Part shown: positions 1 to 12,946 of the stretch, one piece after another
Numbering within the stretch: position 1 is the stretch's first letter
How the letters are laid out: the number at the start of each line of letters is the position of its first letter
Source of the DNA: an uncultured Actinomycetes bacterium
GTDB lineage: Bacteria; Actinomycetota; UBA4738; HRBIN12
DNA: 64,000 nucleotides
Reading direction: 5' to 3'
NCBI GenBank assembly: GCA_963771385.1
Contig: CAVYTE010000012.1
Span: 219,194-283,193, forward strand
Made by a program: the position numbers and the translations under genes
Notes under the pieces: generated by a model
The model's input: only the letters and a program-made list of their open reading frames with translations
Database searches by the model: none
What the model was told of the DNA's origin: nothing

Positions 1-1224
1 ATGCGCGGGGGTGGTGGCGTACGAGCTCGCGACGGGCGAGCTCCACGTCTTCCGGGCCAAGGCGGTCCTGTACGCGACCGGCGGCTACGGCCGCATGTTC
101 CGGGTCTCCTCGAACGCGCACACGCTGACCGGCGACGGACCCGCGCTGCTGTTCCGCCGAGGCATCCCGCTCGAGGACATGGAGTTCTTCCAGTTCCATC
201 CGACCGGCGTGTACAAGCTCGGCGTGCTCCTGTCCGAGGCGATCCGCGGCGAGGGCGGCATCTTGCTCAACGACGACGGCGAGCGCTTCATGGAGCGATA
301 CGCACCGACCGTGAAGGACCTCGCGCCGCGCGACATGGTGAGCCGCGCGATCTTCCAGGAGATCCGGGAGGGTCGCGGGACCGGGCCGAACCGGGACGCC
401 GTGTGGCTCGACGTTCGACACCTCCCCCGCGACGTGATCGAGGAGAAGCTCCCCGACGTCACCGAGTTCGCCCGCGTGTACCTCGGCGTCGAGCCCACGA
501 CCGAGCTCGTCCCGATCCAACCGACGGCGCACTACGCGATGGGCGGCATCCCGACGAACACCGACGCCCAGGTCGTGCTCGGGCCGGAGGAGACGCCGGT
601 CCCCGGGCTGTACGCCGCCGGCGAATGCGCGTGCGTGAGCGTGCACGGCGCGAACCGGCTCGGCACGAACTCGCTCCTCGACATCGTCGTGTTCGGCAAG
701 CGGGGCGGGATCCACGCGGCGGCGTACGCCGGTGAGACCGACCTCCCCTCGCTGCCCGACCGGCCCGAGGGCCCCGTCCGCGACACCCTCGACGGCCTGC
801 TCGAACCGTCCGGAGGGCGCGAACGCGGCCGACATCCGCGGCGAGCTGCAGGACCAGATGCAGGAACTGGCGTTCGTCGTTCGCGACCGAGGAGAGCCTG
901 CGAGAAGATGCAGGGGGTCCTCGGCGGGCCTGCACGAGCGGTTCGAGCGCGTCTACGTCCAGGACACCGGGCAGCAGTTCAACACCGAGCTCATGGAGGT
1001 CGTCGAGCTCGGGTTCCTGCTCGAGTGCGCCGACGCGCTCGTCGCCGCCGCCCTCGCTCGCGACGAGAGCCGCGGCGGCCACTACCGCGAGGACCACCCG
1101 CTCCGCGACGACGCGAACTGGCTGAAGCACTCGCTCGCGACGCGGAGCCGGACGACGGACGATCGGCCTGGAGACCAAGCCGGTGAAGCTCGGTCCGTAC
1201 GTCCCGATGGAGCGGAAGTACTGA
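1..1224 (+). CDS. sdhA: Succinate dehydrogenase flavoprotein subunit (5' partial, frameshifted in this sequence)
   Basis: MEFFQFHPTG, LAPRDMVSR, AHYAMGGI, SVHGANRLGTNSL in ORF 11..1186; continues in ORF 732.. (ESRGGHYREDHP); ends ...PMERKY-TGA at 1224. Confidence 0.95.
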
Positions 1225-1998
1225 TGTCGTCGCCGGACGGGCTCGGGGACGTGCTCGAGGGGTCGGATCGGCGAGCCGTCGGGGCCGCCGGCCGGATCGG
1301 CCTCACGCTGAAGATCCGCCGGTACAACCCGGAGGTGCGCGGCGAGGAGTCGTGGTGGGACGAGTTCCAGATCCAGGCCGACCCCGACGACCGGCTGCTC
1401 GACGCCCTCCACCAGGTGAAGTGGTACCAGGACGGGACCCTCGCGCTCCGCCGATCGTGCGCGCACGGCATCTGCGGGTCGGACGCGATGATGATCGACG
1501 GCAAGAACCGCCTCGCCTGCAAGGTCATCGTCCGCGACGTGGCGCCGAAGGTCACGGTCGAGCCGATCCGCGGGCTCCCCGTGTTGAAGGACCTGATCGT
1601 CGACATGGAGCCGTTCTTCGCCGGCTACCGGTCGCGTGCTCCCCTACCTGATCAACGACTCGGGCACGCCCGACACCGAGCGGCTCCAGTCGCCCGAGGA
1701 GCGTCATCGGTTCGACGACACGACGAAGTGCATCCTGTGCGCCGCGTGCACGACGTCGTGCCCGATCTTCTGGGGCGACGACCAGTACGTCGGACCCGCG
1801 GCGATCGTGAACGCCCACCGATTCATCTACGACTCGCGCGACGAGGGCGGCCGAGGAGCGCCTGAAGATCCTGTCGGAAAGACCGGGGTGTTCCGGTGCC
1901 GGACGACGTTCAACTGCACGGATGCCTGCCCGCGTGGCATCGAGGTGACGAAGGCGATCCAGGACGTGAAGCGCTCGATCCTGTTCGACCGCTTCTGA
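1224..1998 (+). CDS. sdhB: Succinate dehydrogenase iron-sulfur subunit (frameshifted)
   Basis: [14 protein letters not shown]...RLAC 2Fe-2S motif; [12 protein letters not shown] and [12 protein letters not shown]; ATG overlaps the sdhA stop. Confidence 0.95.
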
Positions 1999-2041
1999 GC
2001 CGCCCTCCGCGGCGATCGACCAGGGCGCGGCCACGGCCGGA

Positions 2042-2047
2042 TACAGT
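2042..2047 (+). promoter_or_regulatory. Putative -10 element of a leaderless transcript
   Basis: TACAGT, then 6 nt, then the GTG start at 2054; no SD. Confidence 0.55.
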
Positions 2048-2053
2048 TCGGCC

Positions 2054-3135
<1,082 letters not shown>

Positions 3136-3139
<4 letters not shown>

Positions 3140-3773
3140 CCGCCGATCGGCGGCGCCTCGACGCGTACGTCGCCCTCGGCGGCCTTGGGCTCGTCGCCGC
3201 CTGCGGCCTCGTGGTCGCGCGACGGCGACGTCGGCCCGGCCGAGGTGGCGGTCTTCGAGGCGATCAACGGGCTCCCGGACGCGCTCTCGCCGGCGATGCG
3301 GGGGGCGCAGCTCCTGGGTGTGCTCGCGATCGGCCCGCTCGTCGCGGCGATCGCCGCCGGGTTCCGGCGGTGGCGGCTGGCGCTCGCCTGCCTGGTCGTG
3401 ACGGCGGGCAAGCTCCTGGCCGAACGGATCGTGTGGGAGCTCGTGCAACGTTCGAGACCCGGGGGCCACGATCGCGGGTGCGATCGTCCGTGGCGACACC
3501 CCGGCCGCCGGCGCGTCGTTCGTCTCCGGCCACGTCGTGCTGGTGACCGGACTCGCATGGGTCGCGACCCCGTACCTGCGCGGTCGGTGGCGGATCCTGC
3601 CCTGGGCGATCGTGGCGGTCGTCGCGTTCGCCCGCCTGTACCTCGGCGCGCACGCGCCCCTCGACGTGCTCGGAGGCGTCGGGCTCGGCCTGCTCGTCGG
3701 CGGGGTGGCGAACCTCGTGGTCGGCATCGACGCCTCGAGGGCCCGGGTGGCCGAAGGACGCGCATCGCGCTAG
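3136..3773 (+). CDS. PAP2-family phosphatase, membrane protein (frameshifted)
   Basis: RSRP, SFVSGH and ARLYLGAHAPLDVLGG motifs; hydrophobic segments; GTGA overlap with the upstream stop. Confidence 0.8.
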
Positions 3774-3809
3774 AACTACCGGCAGGCATCCGACCCATGG
3801 GAGGTCCCG

Positions 3810-4010
3810 ATGAGCGCCAAGGTAGGCGACCGGATCGAGATCGAGTCCGAGACCGTTGGAACGCCGACGCGCGAGGGCGAGATCCTCGAGGTCATCGAGG
3901 GCGCGCTCGCGATCCGGTACCGCATCCGCTGGCCGGACGGTCACGAGTCGGTCCTGTCGCCGAGCGGGGGCTCGGTCCGGATCATCCCGAAGCGCAAGCG
4001 GAAGAAGTAG
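3810..4010 (+). CDS. DUF1918 domain small protein
   Basis: MSAKVGDRIEIES...REGEILEV...YRIRWPDGHESVLSP; GGAGG SD. Confidence 0.85.
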   Translation: MSAKVGDRIEIESETVGTPTREGEILEVIEGALAIRYRIRWPDGHESVLSPSGGSVRIIPKRKRKK

Positions 4011-4043
4011 TCAGTCCGGTCTCGGGTGCGGGTGGTCGGCCCC

Positions 4044-4062
4044 GGAGCCCGGACCGGGCTCC
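4044..4062. terminator. Perfect inverted repeat between convergent genes, probable bidirectional terminator
   Basis: GGAGCCCGG-A-CCGGGCTCC. Confidence 0.55.
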
Positions 4063-4073
4063 CTCGGCACCTG

Positions 4074-4248
4074 TCAACAGCCGGGTTCCCCGAGATGGCC
4101 GCAACACTGCCGGCGCGAGGACACGGCTCGCAGCCGGTTGCGGAACCCGAGCCGCAGCTTCGTGAAGAACGGAGCGTCGTAGTCCCGCCAGTTGGTGAAG
4201 AACATGCCGGCGTGCTCGCGGAGCCCGTCGGAGGAACCGGCGGATCAT
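4074..4248 (-). CDS. Small Cys-rich protein (C-terminal CCGHLGEPGC), not in ORF track
   Basis: 4205..4074 reads MFFTNWRDYDAPFFTKLRLGFRNRLRAVSSRRQCCGHLGEPGC* with GC-rich third positions; upstream ATG at 4248 overlaps the fumarase-beta stop (ATGA) and joins with a 1-nt correction. Confidence 0.7.
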
Positions 4249-4886
4249 CCCCCGCCGTTCTCGACCGCCCACTGGTCGGTGGGGAACCGCAGGGACTCGG
4301 GAAGCAGGTCGTTCTTCCGCCAGGGCTCGATCGTCTCGGCGTAGAAGTCGCGGCCCGTGCAGTCGTTCACGACCCAGACCGGGAAGTCCTCGAGCTCCAT
4401 CCGGCGGATCGCCTCGGTCGCGAGGTCCTCGAACGCGATCACCTCCTGCGACCGAACGGTGAGCGCCGAGAGCGCCCCCCCGCCGCCGAGCGCCGCCATG
4501 TAGACGGCGGTGTGCTCCTCGAGCTCCGCGCGGATCGCCGGGCCGCGCCCGCCCTTGCCCATGATCCCCTTCAGGCCCGAGCTCGAGCAGGCGCGGCGTC
4601 CACTTGTCCATCCGACTCGCGGTGGTCGGTCCCGCCGAACCCGTCACGTGGCCGGGGCGTTCGGGCGTCGGGCCGACGTAGTAGACGATCTGGCCGCGGA
4701 TGTCGAAGGGCAGATCCCTCGCCCTGGTCGAGCATCTCCACCATCCGCTTGTGCGCGGCGTCGCGGGCCGCGTAGACGGTGCCGCTCACGAGCACCACGT
4801 CGCCGATCTCGAGCGCGCGCACGTCGTCGTCGTACGAGCGGCGCGCGGATCCGCTTGCGGCCGTCCTCGAGGACCTCGACCGACAC
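4245..4886 (-). CDS. Class I (Fe-S) fumarate hydratase / tartrate dehydratase beta subunit (frameshifted)
   Basis: GDVVLVSGTVYAARDAAHKRM, SAGPTTASRMD, MGKGGR, EDLATEAIRRMELEDFP. Confidence 0.9.
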
Positions 4887-4887
4887 G

Positions 4888-5744
4888 TCAGATCACCCTC
4901 GAGCCCGTCCGGTGGGCATGGCACTCGATGTTGACCGCGACGGGCAGCGACGCGATGTGGGTCGGCATCGTCTCGACGTGGACCGCGAGCACCGTCTGCG
5001 TCCCGCCGAGCGCCTCGGGGCCGAGCCCGAGCGCGTTGCACTCTCTCGTACAGCTCCGCCTCGAGCTCGGCGATCTGCGGGTCCGGGTTCGGCTGGCCGA
5101 CCTTGCGCATGAGCGCGCGCTTCGCGATCACCGCCGACATCTCGAAGTTGCCGCCGATCCCGACGCCGATGATGCCCGGAGGGCAGGCGTTCGGCCCCGA
5201 CTCGGCGACGGCCTGGAGCACGAACTCCTTCGCGCCCTCGAGGCCGTCGGCGGGCTTCAGCATCGCGTGCTTGCCCATGTTCTCCGAACCCGCACCCTTG
5301 GCGTCGACCTGGATGCGGATCTGGTCGCCGGGCACGACGCGCGTGTGGACGAACGCCGGCGTGTTGTCTCCGGTGTTCCGCCGATCGAAGACGGGATCGC
5401 GGACGATCGAGCCCCGGAGGTACCCGTCCCCGTAGCCTTGTCGCACGCCCTTCGTTCACCGCGTCGTACAGGTCCGCACCGGAGACGTGCACGTCCTGAC
5501 CGACGTCGAGGAAGATCACCGTGTAGCCCGTGTCCTGGCAGTAGGGGTACTCGCCCTCGGCGGCGAGCTCCTGGTTGCGGATCAGCAGGTCGAGGACCTG
5601 ACGTCCGAGCGGCGACTCCTCGAGCTCCCGCGCGCGCTTGACGAGCACGACCATCTCCTCGGGGACCGTGTAGTTGATCTCGATGCAGAGCTCGCGGACC
5701 GCTCGAGTGATCTCCGCCGCATCGATCTCGCGAACGTTCGCCAT
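4888..5744 (-). CDS. Class I (Fe-S) fumarate hydratase alpha subunit (frameshifted)
   Basis: PYCQDTG, GYLRGSIV, NTGDNTPA, KGAGSEN, NACPP, GVGIGG, C-terminal ECHAHR. Confidence 0.9.
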
Positions 5745-5805
5745 CGCACCGTCATGCTAGCGTGCCGCGCCCACGACGGCCCTGGCGGTGAGAGGATGCG
5801 AGCCG

Positions 5806-6383
5806 ATGTCCTCGGAGATCCGTTCGACCGCCCGCCCGTCCATGCTTCGGCTCGTCGGGTTCCTCGTCATCGTGCTCGGGTCGGCGGCGGCCGGGATCGG
5901 CGCGACGCGCGAGTGGGTGCAGATCGGGTTCGCGGCGGACACGCAGGGTGCCGCCGACGTCTCCGTGTACGGCACCGACGTCTGGGAGGGGAAGGTCATC
6001 CTGCTCGCGGCGGGCGTCGCGCTGGTCGCGACGATCGTGATGCGGCACCACGACGTCGTCGGGCGCTGCGTCGACCGCACTCGGGTGGGTGCTCGTCGGC
6101 ATCGGGATCGCGTGCCTGGTCCTGACGATCTCGGTCTCGGTGCGCGCGAGGTCGCGGTTCGGCGGGCAGGAGGGGCTCGAGCGCGTGGCCCGGGTGCTGT
6201 CGCAGGAGCTCGAGCTGCCCGAGGACATCGTGCGCGAGCAGCTCGCCGAGCAGTTCGAGAAGGACCTCCGGGTCGAGGTGCAGCCCGGGCTGTGGCTCTG
6301 CGGGCTCGGCGGCGTCCTGTTGGTCGCCGGGGGGGTCCTCGGTCTGGCGTGGACCCGCCGGCCGGACGAGGTGCCGGCTCTAG
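5806..6383 (+). CDS. Hypothetical membrane protein (frameshifted, 3' end approximate)
   Basis: About four hydrophobic segments over ORFs 5788 and 6089. Confidence 0.6.
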
Positions 6384-7313
6384 GCCGGCAGGTTCGCGAG
6401 GTCCGCGCACTTCGCGCGGATGCCCTCCGCCGCGGCCCGAAGGGCGGCGAGCTCCTCGTCGTTCAGGTCGAGCTCGACGATCTCGGACACGCCGGTCGGC
6501 CGTCAGGCGCACCGGGACGCCGACGTAGACCTCGTCGATCCCGTACTGCCCGGTGCACCAGGCGCAGACCGGGAGCGGCTCGTCGGTCCGGCCGGCGATC
6601 GACTCGATCATCCTCGCGACCGACGCGGACGGCGCGTAGTACGCGCTCCCCTTCTTCAGCAGGGCGACGATCTCGGCGCCGGCGTCCCGTGTCCGCGCGT
6701 ACAGGCGCTCGAGGGTCGTCGGCGTCCACGAGCTCGACGAGCGGCGTGCCGTCCACGGTGGCATGGCGCGGGCAACGGCACCATCGACTCGCCGTGCGAG
6801 CCGAGCGTCATCGCCTCGACCACGAGCGGCGACGTCGCCGAGCTCCGCGGCGATGAACGCCCGCAGCCGCGCGGAGTCGAGCACCCCCGCCATCCCCATC
6901 ACCCGCTCCTTCGGGAAGCCGGACACGTCCGATGCCAGGAACGTCATCTCGTCGAGCGGGTTCGTCACGACGATGATGATCGCGTCCGGCGAGCCGGGGA
7001 CGATCTTGTCCACGACGTCGCGCACGATCCCGGCGTTCTTGCCGAGCAGGTCCATCCGGCTCATGCCCGGCTGCCTCGGGAACCCGGCCGTGATGACGAT
7101 CACGTCCGAGCCCGCCGTGTCCGCGTAGTCGTTCGTGCCGATCACGTGGGGTTCGAACCCGACGACCGGGGCGGATTGCCGCATGTCGAGCGCGAGACCC
7201 TGCGGCAGCCCCTCGACGATGTCGATCAGGACGACGTCGGCGAGCCCGCGTTCGACCACCCGCATCGCGGTGGTCTGTCCGACGAACCCGCTGCCGACGA
7301 CGGTGACCCGCAT
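6380..7313 (-). CDS. mdh: Malate dehydrogenase, LDH-like type (frameshifted)
   Basis: VVGSGFVG, GLPQGLALD, ITAGFPRQPGMSRMDLLGKN, VTNPLD, GMAGVLDSAR, GSAYYAP. Confidence 0.93.
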
Positions 7314-7387
7314 GGGCGAGGCGCTCCTCGATCCGGGGGCGCTCATCCTATCGAGGTCGAGCCGGTCGGTTCCCGCCGGCTCCCGGG

Positions 7388-8297
7388 CTACTCGCGGCGG
7401 CTGGTCAGGTACGCGCCGGCCAGCACGAGCCCGGTGCCGAGGAGCGAGATCGCCGCCACGGTCTCGTCGCGGAAGATCACGCCGAGGGCGATCGCGACGA
7501 CGGGGAGGAAGTAGATCGCCGACCGAGCCGCGGGTGGCGCCGACGCGGCCGACGAGCGTGGTCATCGCGACGAACGCCGAGCCCCGTGCCGAAGGACCCG
7601 AGCGCCGCGACCGCGAGCATGCTCGACCAGGCGAACTCGGAGTCCGGCAGCGAGACGAGGGCCGCCGGCGTGAGCAGGACGAGCGCGAACGCCTGCGCCC
7701 GGAGCAGGACGGGAAGCGCGCCGTACCGCTGCTGGAGCGGCACGGCGAGGTTCACCGCCACGCCGTAGAACACAGCACCGCGAGCAGCACGAGGCCACGC
7801 GCCGAGCGCCGTCGCGTCCGCGTCGCGCGTCGCAGGCCAGAGCACGGCGACCACGCCGACGAAGCCGATCGCGATGCCGGCGAGCTGGCGTCGAGCCGGC
7901 GGCCGCCGGAGGAGGATCGCGGCCGTGACCGTCGCGAAGATCGGCAGGGCACCGTTCACCATGCCGGCGAGCGAGGAGTCGATCCACTGCTGGCCGATCG
8001 CGATCAGCAGCAGCGGCGCCGCCATCCAGAACGAGGCCGAGCAGGCGCCACTCGGGGCAGGTCGGCGCGGTCGACCGGGCGGCGGGACCGAGGCAGCAGC
8101 GCCAGCGTCGAGCGCCCCGATCGCCACCCGCAGGAACGCGATGAGTCCCGGGCCGAGGTGCTCGAGCCCGATCTCGATGAACAGGAACGACGAGCCCCAG
8201 ATCGCCGCCGACCGACGCGAGCAGCGTCCATTCCCGGGCACCGAACGCATCCGCGGTGGGTGCCCTGCGCGGTCGCGATCAACGGCCGGCGTTCCAT
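7388..8297 (-). CDS. DMT/EamA family transporter (frameshifted)
   Basis: IWGSSFLFI, IDSSLAGMVNGALP, multiple TM helices. Confidence 0.85.
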
Positions 8298-8348
8298 CTC
8301 CCTAGTCAACGCGGACCGCCCGCCGAACGTGAGACGCGGCCGGGAACC

Positions 8349-9434
8349 TCATGCGGCGAGCTCCGCGAGGACGGCGTCGCGGACCTCCTCGGTGGTCGCC
8401 GCGGTCGGGTCGTCGCGCGTGGGCTTCAGGTCGTACGGTCACGGTCCGGCCCTCGGCGATCACCCGCGCCACGGCGGCCTCCAGCCGGTCGCCGGCCTCG
8501 GTCTCGCCGAGGTGGCGGAGCAGCAACGCGCCCGAGAGCATCAACGCCATCGGGTTCGCTCGGTGCAACCCTCGGTACCGGGCCGCTGTTCCGTGGGTGG
8601 CCTCGAAGACGGCGCGGTCCTCCCCCAGGTTCGCGCCGCGGGGCGATCCCTCGCCCACCGACGAGGCCGGCGCCCAGGTCGGAGACGATGTCTCCGTACT
8701 GGTTGGGCAGCACGAGGACGTCGTACTCCTGCGGACGCTGCACGAGCTGCATCGCGAGGTTGTCGATGATCCGCTCCTCGAACACGACGTCGGGATGCTC
8801 GGCCGCGACCCGCCTGCGCCGCCTCGAGGAACAGCCCGTCCGAGCGCTTCATGATGTTCGCCTTGTGTCCCGCCGTGACCTTCCGGCGCGCCCGTGGGCG
8901 CCGGCGTATCCGAACGCGAACCGCACGATCCGCTCGCTCGCGCCCTCGCTGATCGTCTTGATCGACAGACCCGAGTCCTCGCGGATCCGTGCCCCCGTCA
9001 CGCGCTCGAGGAACGCGATCATCTCGGCGGTGGCGGCCGCCCCCTGTTCGAACTCGATCCCCGTGTATGCGTCCTCGGTCGCCTCACGCACCACCACGAT
9101 GTCCACGTCCTCGTAGCGCGAACGAACACCCGGGTACGAGCGGCACGGCCGGACGGACGCGAAGAGCCCGAGCGCGACCCGGAGCGAGACGTTCACGCTG
9201 GGGAACCCGGCCGGCGTGCCGAGCGGGCCCTTCAGGGCGACCCGGCGTCTCGCGGATCGATCGCAGGACGCGTTCGGGGAGCGGCGTGCCCTCGCGTTCG
9301 GCGACGGAGAGGCCGGCGGTCTGGAGGTCCCACGCGAGCTCCACGCCGGTCGCCTCGATCGCGACCCGGGCCGACTCGACGAGCTCGGGCCCGACCCCGT
9401 CACCGGGGATCAGCGTGACCGCGTGCGCTGCCAC
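8349..9434 (-). CDS. Second isocitrate dehydrogenase family protein, NADP-type signature (frameshifted)
   Basis: [63 protein letters not shown]. Confidence 0.8.
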
Positions 9435-9492
9435 GCCCGGGATTGTGATGGGATGATGGTCCGGACGACCACCGACCCGACGGGAGCACGGT

Positions 9493-10610
9493 GTGACCGA
9501 CAGAGGCCTGCGCGAGATCGTGGCGGCCGAGACGAACCTGTCCGACATCGACGGGCCGGCCGGGCGCCTGTGGTACGCGGGCTACGACATCCACGACCTC
9601 GCGGGCCGGACATCGTACGAGGAGGTCGTGCACCTCCTGCACGAGCTGCACCTGCCGACACAGACCGAGCTCGACGGGACTCACGGAGTTCCTCGTCGAG
9701 GAGCGGCGGCTCTCGCGCTTCCTCGACAACCTCATGCCCACGCTCGCGCAGCAGACCTCGCCGATGTCGATGCTGCGCACGAGCGTGTCGGCCGCTTCCG
9801 CCGTTCGATCCGGACGGCTGGGACACCTCGGACGAGGCCGACCATCGCAAGGCGCTCCGCCTGATCGCGCAGACGCCGACGATGCTGGCGACGTACCACC
9901 GTCTGCGCACCGGCCAGGAGCTCCTCCAGCCCCACCCGAAGCTCCCGCACGCCGCCAACTTCCTCTACATGCTGCTGGGCGTCGAACCCTCGCAGGAGGA
10001 CGCCGAGATCCTCGACACCACGTTCGTGCTGTACGCGGACCACACGATGAACGCCTCGACGTTCACCGCGCGCATCGTCGCCTCGACGCTCTCGGACATG
10101 TTCTCGGCGATCACCGCCGCGATCGCCGCCCTCAAGGGACCCCTGCACGGGGGCGCCAACGAGGAGGCGATGAAGATGCTCGAGGAGGTCGGCTCGCCCG
10201 AACGCGCCGAGGCCTACGTCCGGCATCGCCTCGACCGGCACGAGAAGATCATGGGGTTCGGGCACGCGGTCTACAAGACGATGGACCCACGCGCGACCGT
10301 GTTGAAGCGCCTGTCGAAGGAGACCGGCGAGCGCCACGGCGACACCCGCTGGTACGAGATCTCCGAGGCGATCGAGCGGACGGTGTTCGAGCAGAAGGGC
10401 CTGTACCCGAACGTCGACTTCTACGCGGCGAGCGTGTACCACGTGCTCGAGATCCCGACCGACCTCATGACGCCGATCTTCGCCGCCGCGCGCATGGCCG
10501 GGTGGACCGCGCACGTACGCGAGCAGTACACGAACAACCGCATCATCCGCCCGGCATCCGAGTACGTCGGGCCTCGGGACCGGAGCTGGGTCCCGATCGA
10601 GGAGCGCTGA
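9493..10610 (+). CDS. gltA: Citrate (or 2-methylcitrate) synthase (frameshifted)
   Basis: LSDIDG, YADHTMNASTF, KGPLHGGAN, MGFGHAVYK, YPNVDFY, RIIRP. Confidence 0.88.
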
Positions 10611-10613
10611 CCG

Positions 10614-11063
10614 CTAGGCCATGCGGCGGGGCCGGCGGAGGCGGCGGTGCCGACCGGAGGACACCTGACCTGGCCCGGCACGCCGAATCCCAGACGCGGT
10701 TCAGGTGCTCCTGCACGTACGGCCGCCATCCCGATCCAGATCACGAGCCCGCAGGATGACCACGAGCGCGGGGGAGATCTGCGACGTGACGCCCCGACGC
10801 TGCTCCATGTCCACGATGTGGTTCGCGGTGTTGTAGTAGGCGATGAACGGCGGCACGATCAGGAGGAACCCCGGATCACAGCCAGGAGCGAACGTGCCCG
10901 GACTGATCGGTCTGGTCCTTCGTGTAGGTCTTGATCTCCTCGTTCACCTTGTAGAACCAGTAGAAGCCGTAGATCCCCAGCGTGATCGAGCGACCAGGCC
11001 GAGCACGCCGAGCGGGTTGCGCTTCAGGTAGGTCTGCCCTTCGATCGTGACCCGTTCGGCCAT
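10614..11063 (-). CDS. DUF4234-like membrane protein (frameshifted)
   Basis: MAERVTIEGQTYLKRNPLGVLGL...ITLGIYGFYWFYKVNEEI; SD GAGGGGG; Pro-rich C-terminal tail. Confidence 0.7.
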
Positions 11064-11077
11064 CGCTCGCCCCCTCG

Positions 11078-12036
11078 TCACGCGTTCGATCCGGCCGCGG
11101 CGAGTCTACCCCGTGCTGCGCTCGGCACCCGCGGCAACAACCCGGCGCCTTCGATCACGTGGCGCACGACGTCCTCGTGACCGAGACCCACGACGTGCAC
11201 CCCACCGATCCCCGGGAGCGCCTGCAGGGCGGTCACCGTCTCGACGCACCGTGCGACCCCGAGCGCTTCCGCGTCCGGGCCGGCGCGCTCGAGCTCCCGC
11301 ACGAGCTCGTCGGGCACCGTGACGCCCGGGATGTGCTCGTTCATGTATCGCGCCTGCCGAGCGCCGCGGAGCGGCGCGACGCCGACGATCACGATCGCCC
11401 GCTCGAACACGCCCCGACGACGGACCGACGTCCGCCCATCCGGCGAGCGACGCGACGTCGTACGCGATCTGCGTCATCACGAGACCCGCCCCGGCGTCGA
11501 GCTTGACCTCGAGCCGCGCCGGGTCGTACCGCTCGACGAGCGGGCTGTCGGCGACGCCCACGAGGTAGCGGGGCGGGCTCGAGATCTCGGCGCCCGAGGA
11601 CAGGCGCCCATGTTCGCGCAGGCCGCTCGCGAGGCGCACCAGTTCGAGGAGATCGAGGTCGTTCACGGTGACCGCGTCGGGCTCGTCGCCGACCGAGAGC
11701 GGATCGCCGGTCAGGCACAGGACGTTCCGGGCGCCCAGCGCCCATGCCCCGAGCAGGTCGGAGGCGATCGCGAGCCGGTTCCGATCCCGGACGGTCACCT
11801 GGAGGGTGGGCTCGAGGCCGGCCCGAGCCGATGATCGCGACCCCGGCGAGCGCCGACATGTGCGCGCTCGCGATCGGGTTGTCGGTGACGTTCGCCGCGT
11901 CGGCGTAGCCGACGAGCTCCAGCGCCTGCCGTTCGACCGATGCGGGGTCGGCCGAGCGAGGGGGGACGACCTCGGAGGTCACGCAGAACCGGCCGGCGCG
12001 ACCGAGCGCCTCCAGCCGGCTCGACGGGGAGCTCAA
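11078..12036 (-). CDS. metF: Methylenetetrahydrofolate reductase (frameshifted, 3' end approximate)
   Basis: VTSEVVPP, ANVTDNP, VRDRNR, NVLCLTGD, KLDAGA..MTQIAYD. Confidence 0.88.
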
Positions 12037-12899
12037 CGCAGGTCGGCGAGCTTCTCGGCGGCGGTGACCGTGTTCAGCAGCAGCATCGCGGTGGTCATCG
12101 GGCCGACGCCGCCGGGGACCGGCGTGATCATCCCGGCGACCTCCTTCACCTCGTCGAACCGCACGTCACCGACCAGCCCGTGGTCGGTCCGATGCACGCC
12201 GACGTCTACCACCACCGCGCCGGGTTTGACCATGTCGGCCCCGATGAGCTGGGGCCTGCCGGTGGCCGCCACGAGGATGTCCGCCCGGCGCGTGTGCGCG
12301 GCGAGGTCGCGCGTCTTCACGTGGCACACGGTGACCGTCGCGTTGCCACGGATCCAGTCCTGCGCGAGCAGGATCGACAGCGGCGCGCCGACGAGGTCGC
12401 CGTAGCCCGCCACCACGATCTCGGTGCCCTCGAGCTCGACGCCCGAACGCAACAGGAGCTCCACGATCCCGTACGGCGTCGCGGGCGGGAACGACGGCTC
12501 GCCGCGCACCATCAGGCCGACGTTCAGCGGGTGTAACCCGTCGACATCCTTGCGCGGGTCCATCGTCGTCTGGACCGCGAGCTCGCTGATGTGCCCGGGG
12601 AGCGGGAGCTGCACGATGATGCCGTGGATCTCCGGGTCGCGGTTCAGGCGCCGCATCGTGGCGAGGAGTTCGTCCTCGGTCACGAACGCCGGCAGGTCGA
12701 CCTGCTCCGAGCGCATGCCGACCTCCGCGCAGGCCTTGTGCTTCGCGCCGAGGTAGATCCGGGACGCCTCGTCGTCGCCGACGAGGACGGCGGCCAGGCC
12801 CGGCTGGATGCCGCGGTCGACCAGCGCCATCGCGCGCTCGGCGACCTGGGCCTTGACCTGCCCCGCGACCGCTCGACCGTCCAGGATGGTGGCGCTCAC
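12033..12899 (-). CDS. folD: Bifunctional methylene-THF dehydrogenase/cyclohydrolase
   Basis: ILDGR, HGIIVQLPLP, KDVDGLHP, ITPVPGGVGPMT. Confidence 0.95.
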   Translation of the reverse strand: MSATILDGRAVAGQVKAQVAERAMALVDRGIQPGLAAVLVGDDEASRIYLGAKHKACAEVGMRSEQVDLPAFVTEDELLATMRRLNRDPEIHGIIVQLPLPGHISELAVQTTMDPRKDVDGLHPLNVGLMVRGEPSFPPATPYGIVELLLRSGVELEGTEIVVAGYGDLVGAPLSILLAQDWIRGNATVTVCHVKTRDLAAHTRRADILVAATGRPQLIGADMVKPGAVVVDVGVHRTDHGLVGDVRFDEVKEVAGMITPVPGGVGPMTTAMLLLNTVTAAEKLADLR

Positions 12900-12946
12900 G
12901 AGGCGGAATCCTATCCGAGCGACCCCTCGCCCCCGCTCGCAGCCGG

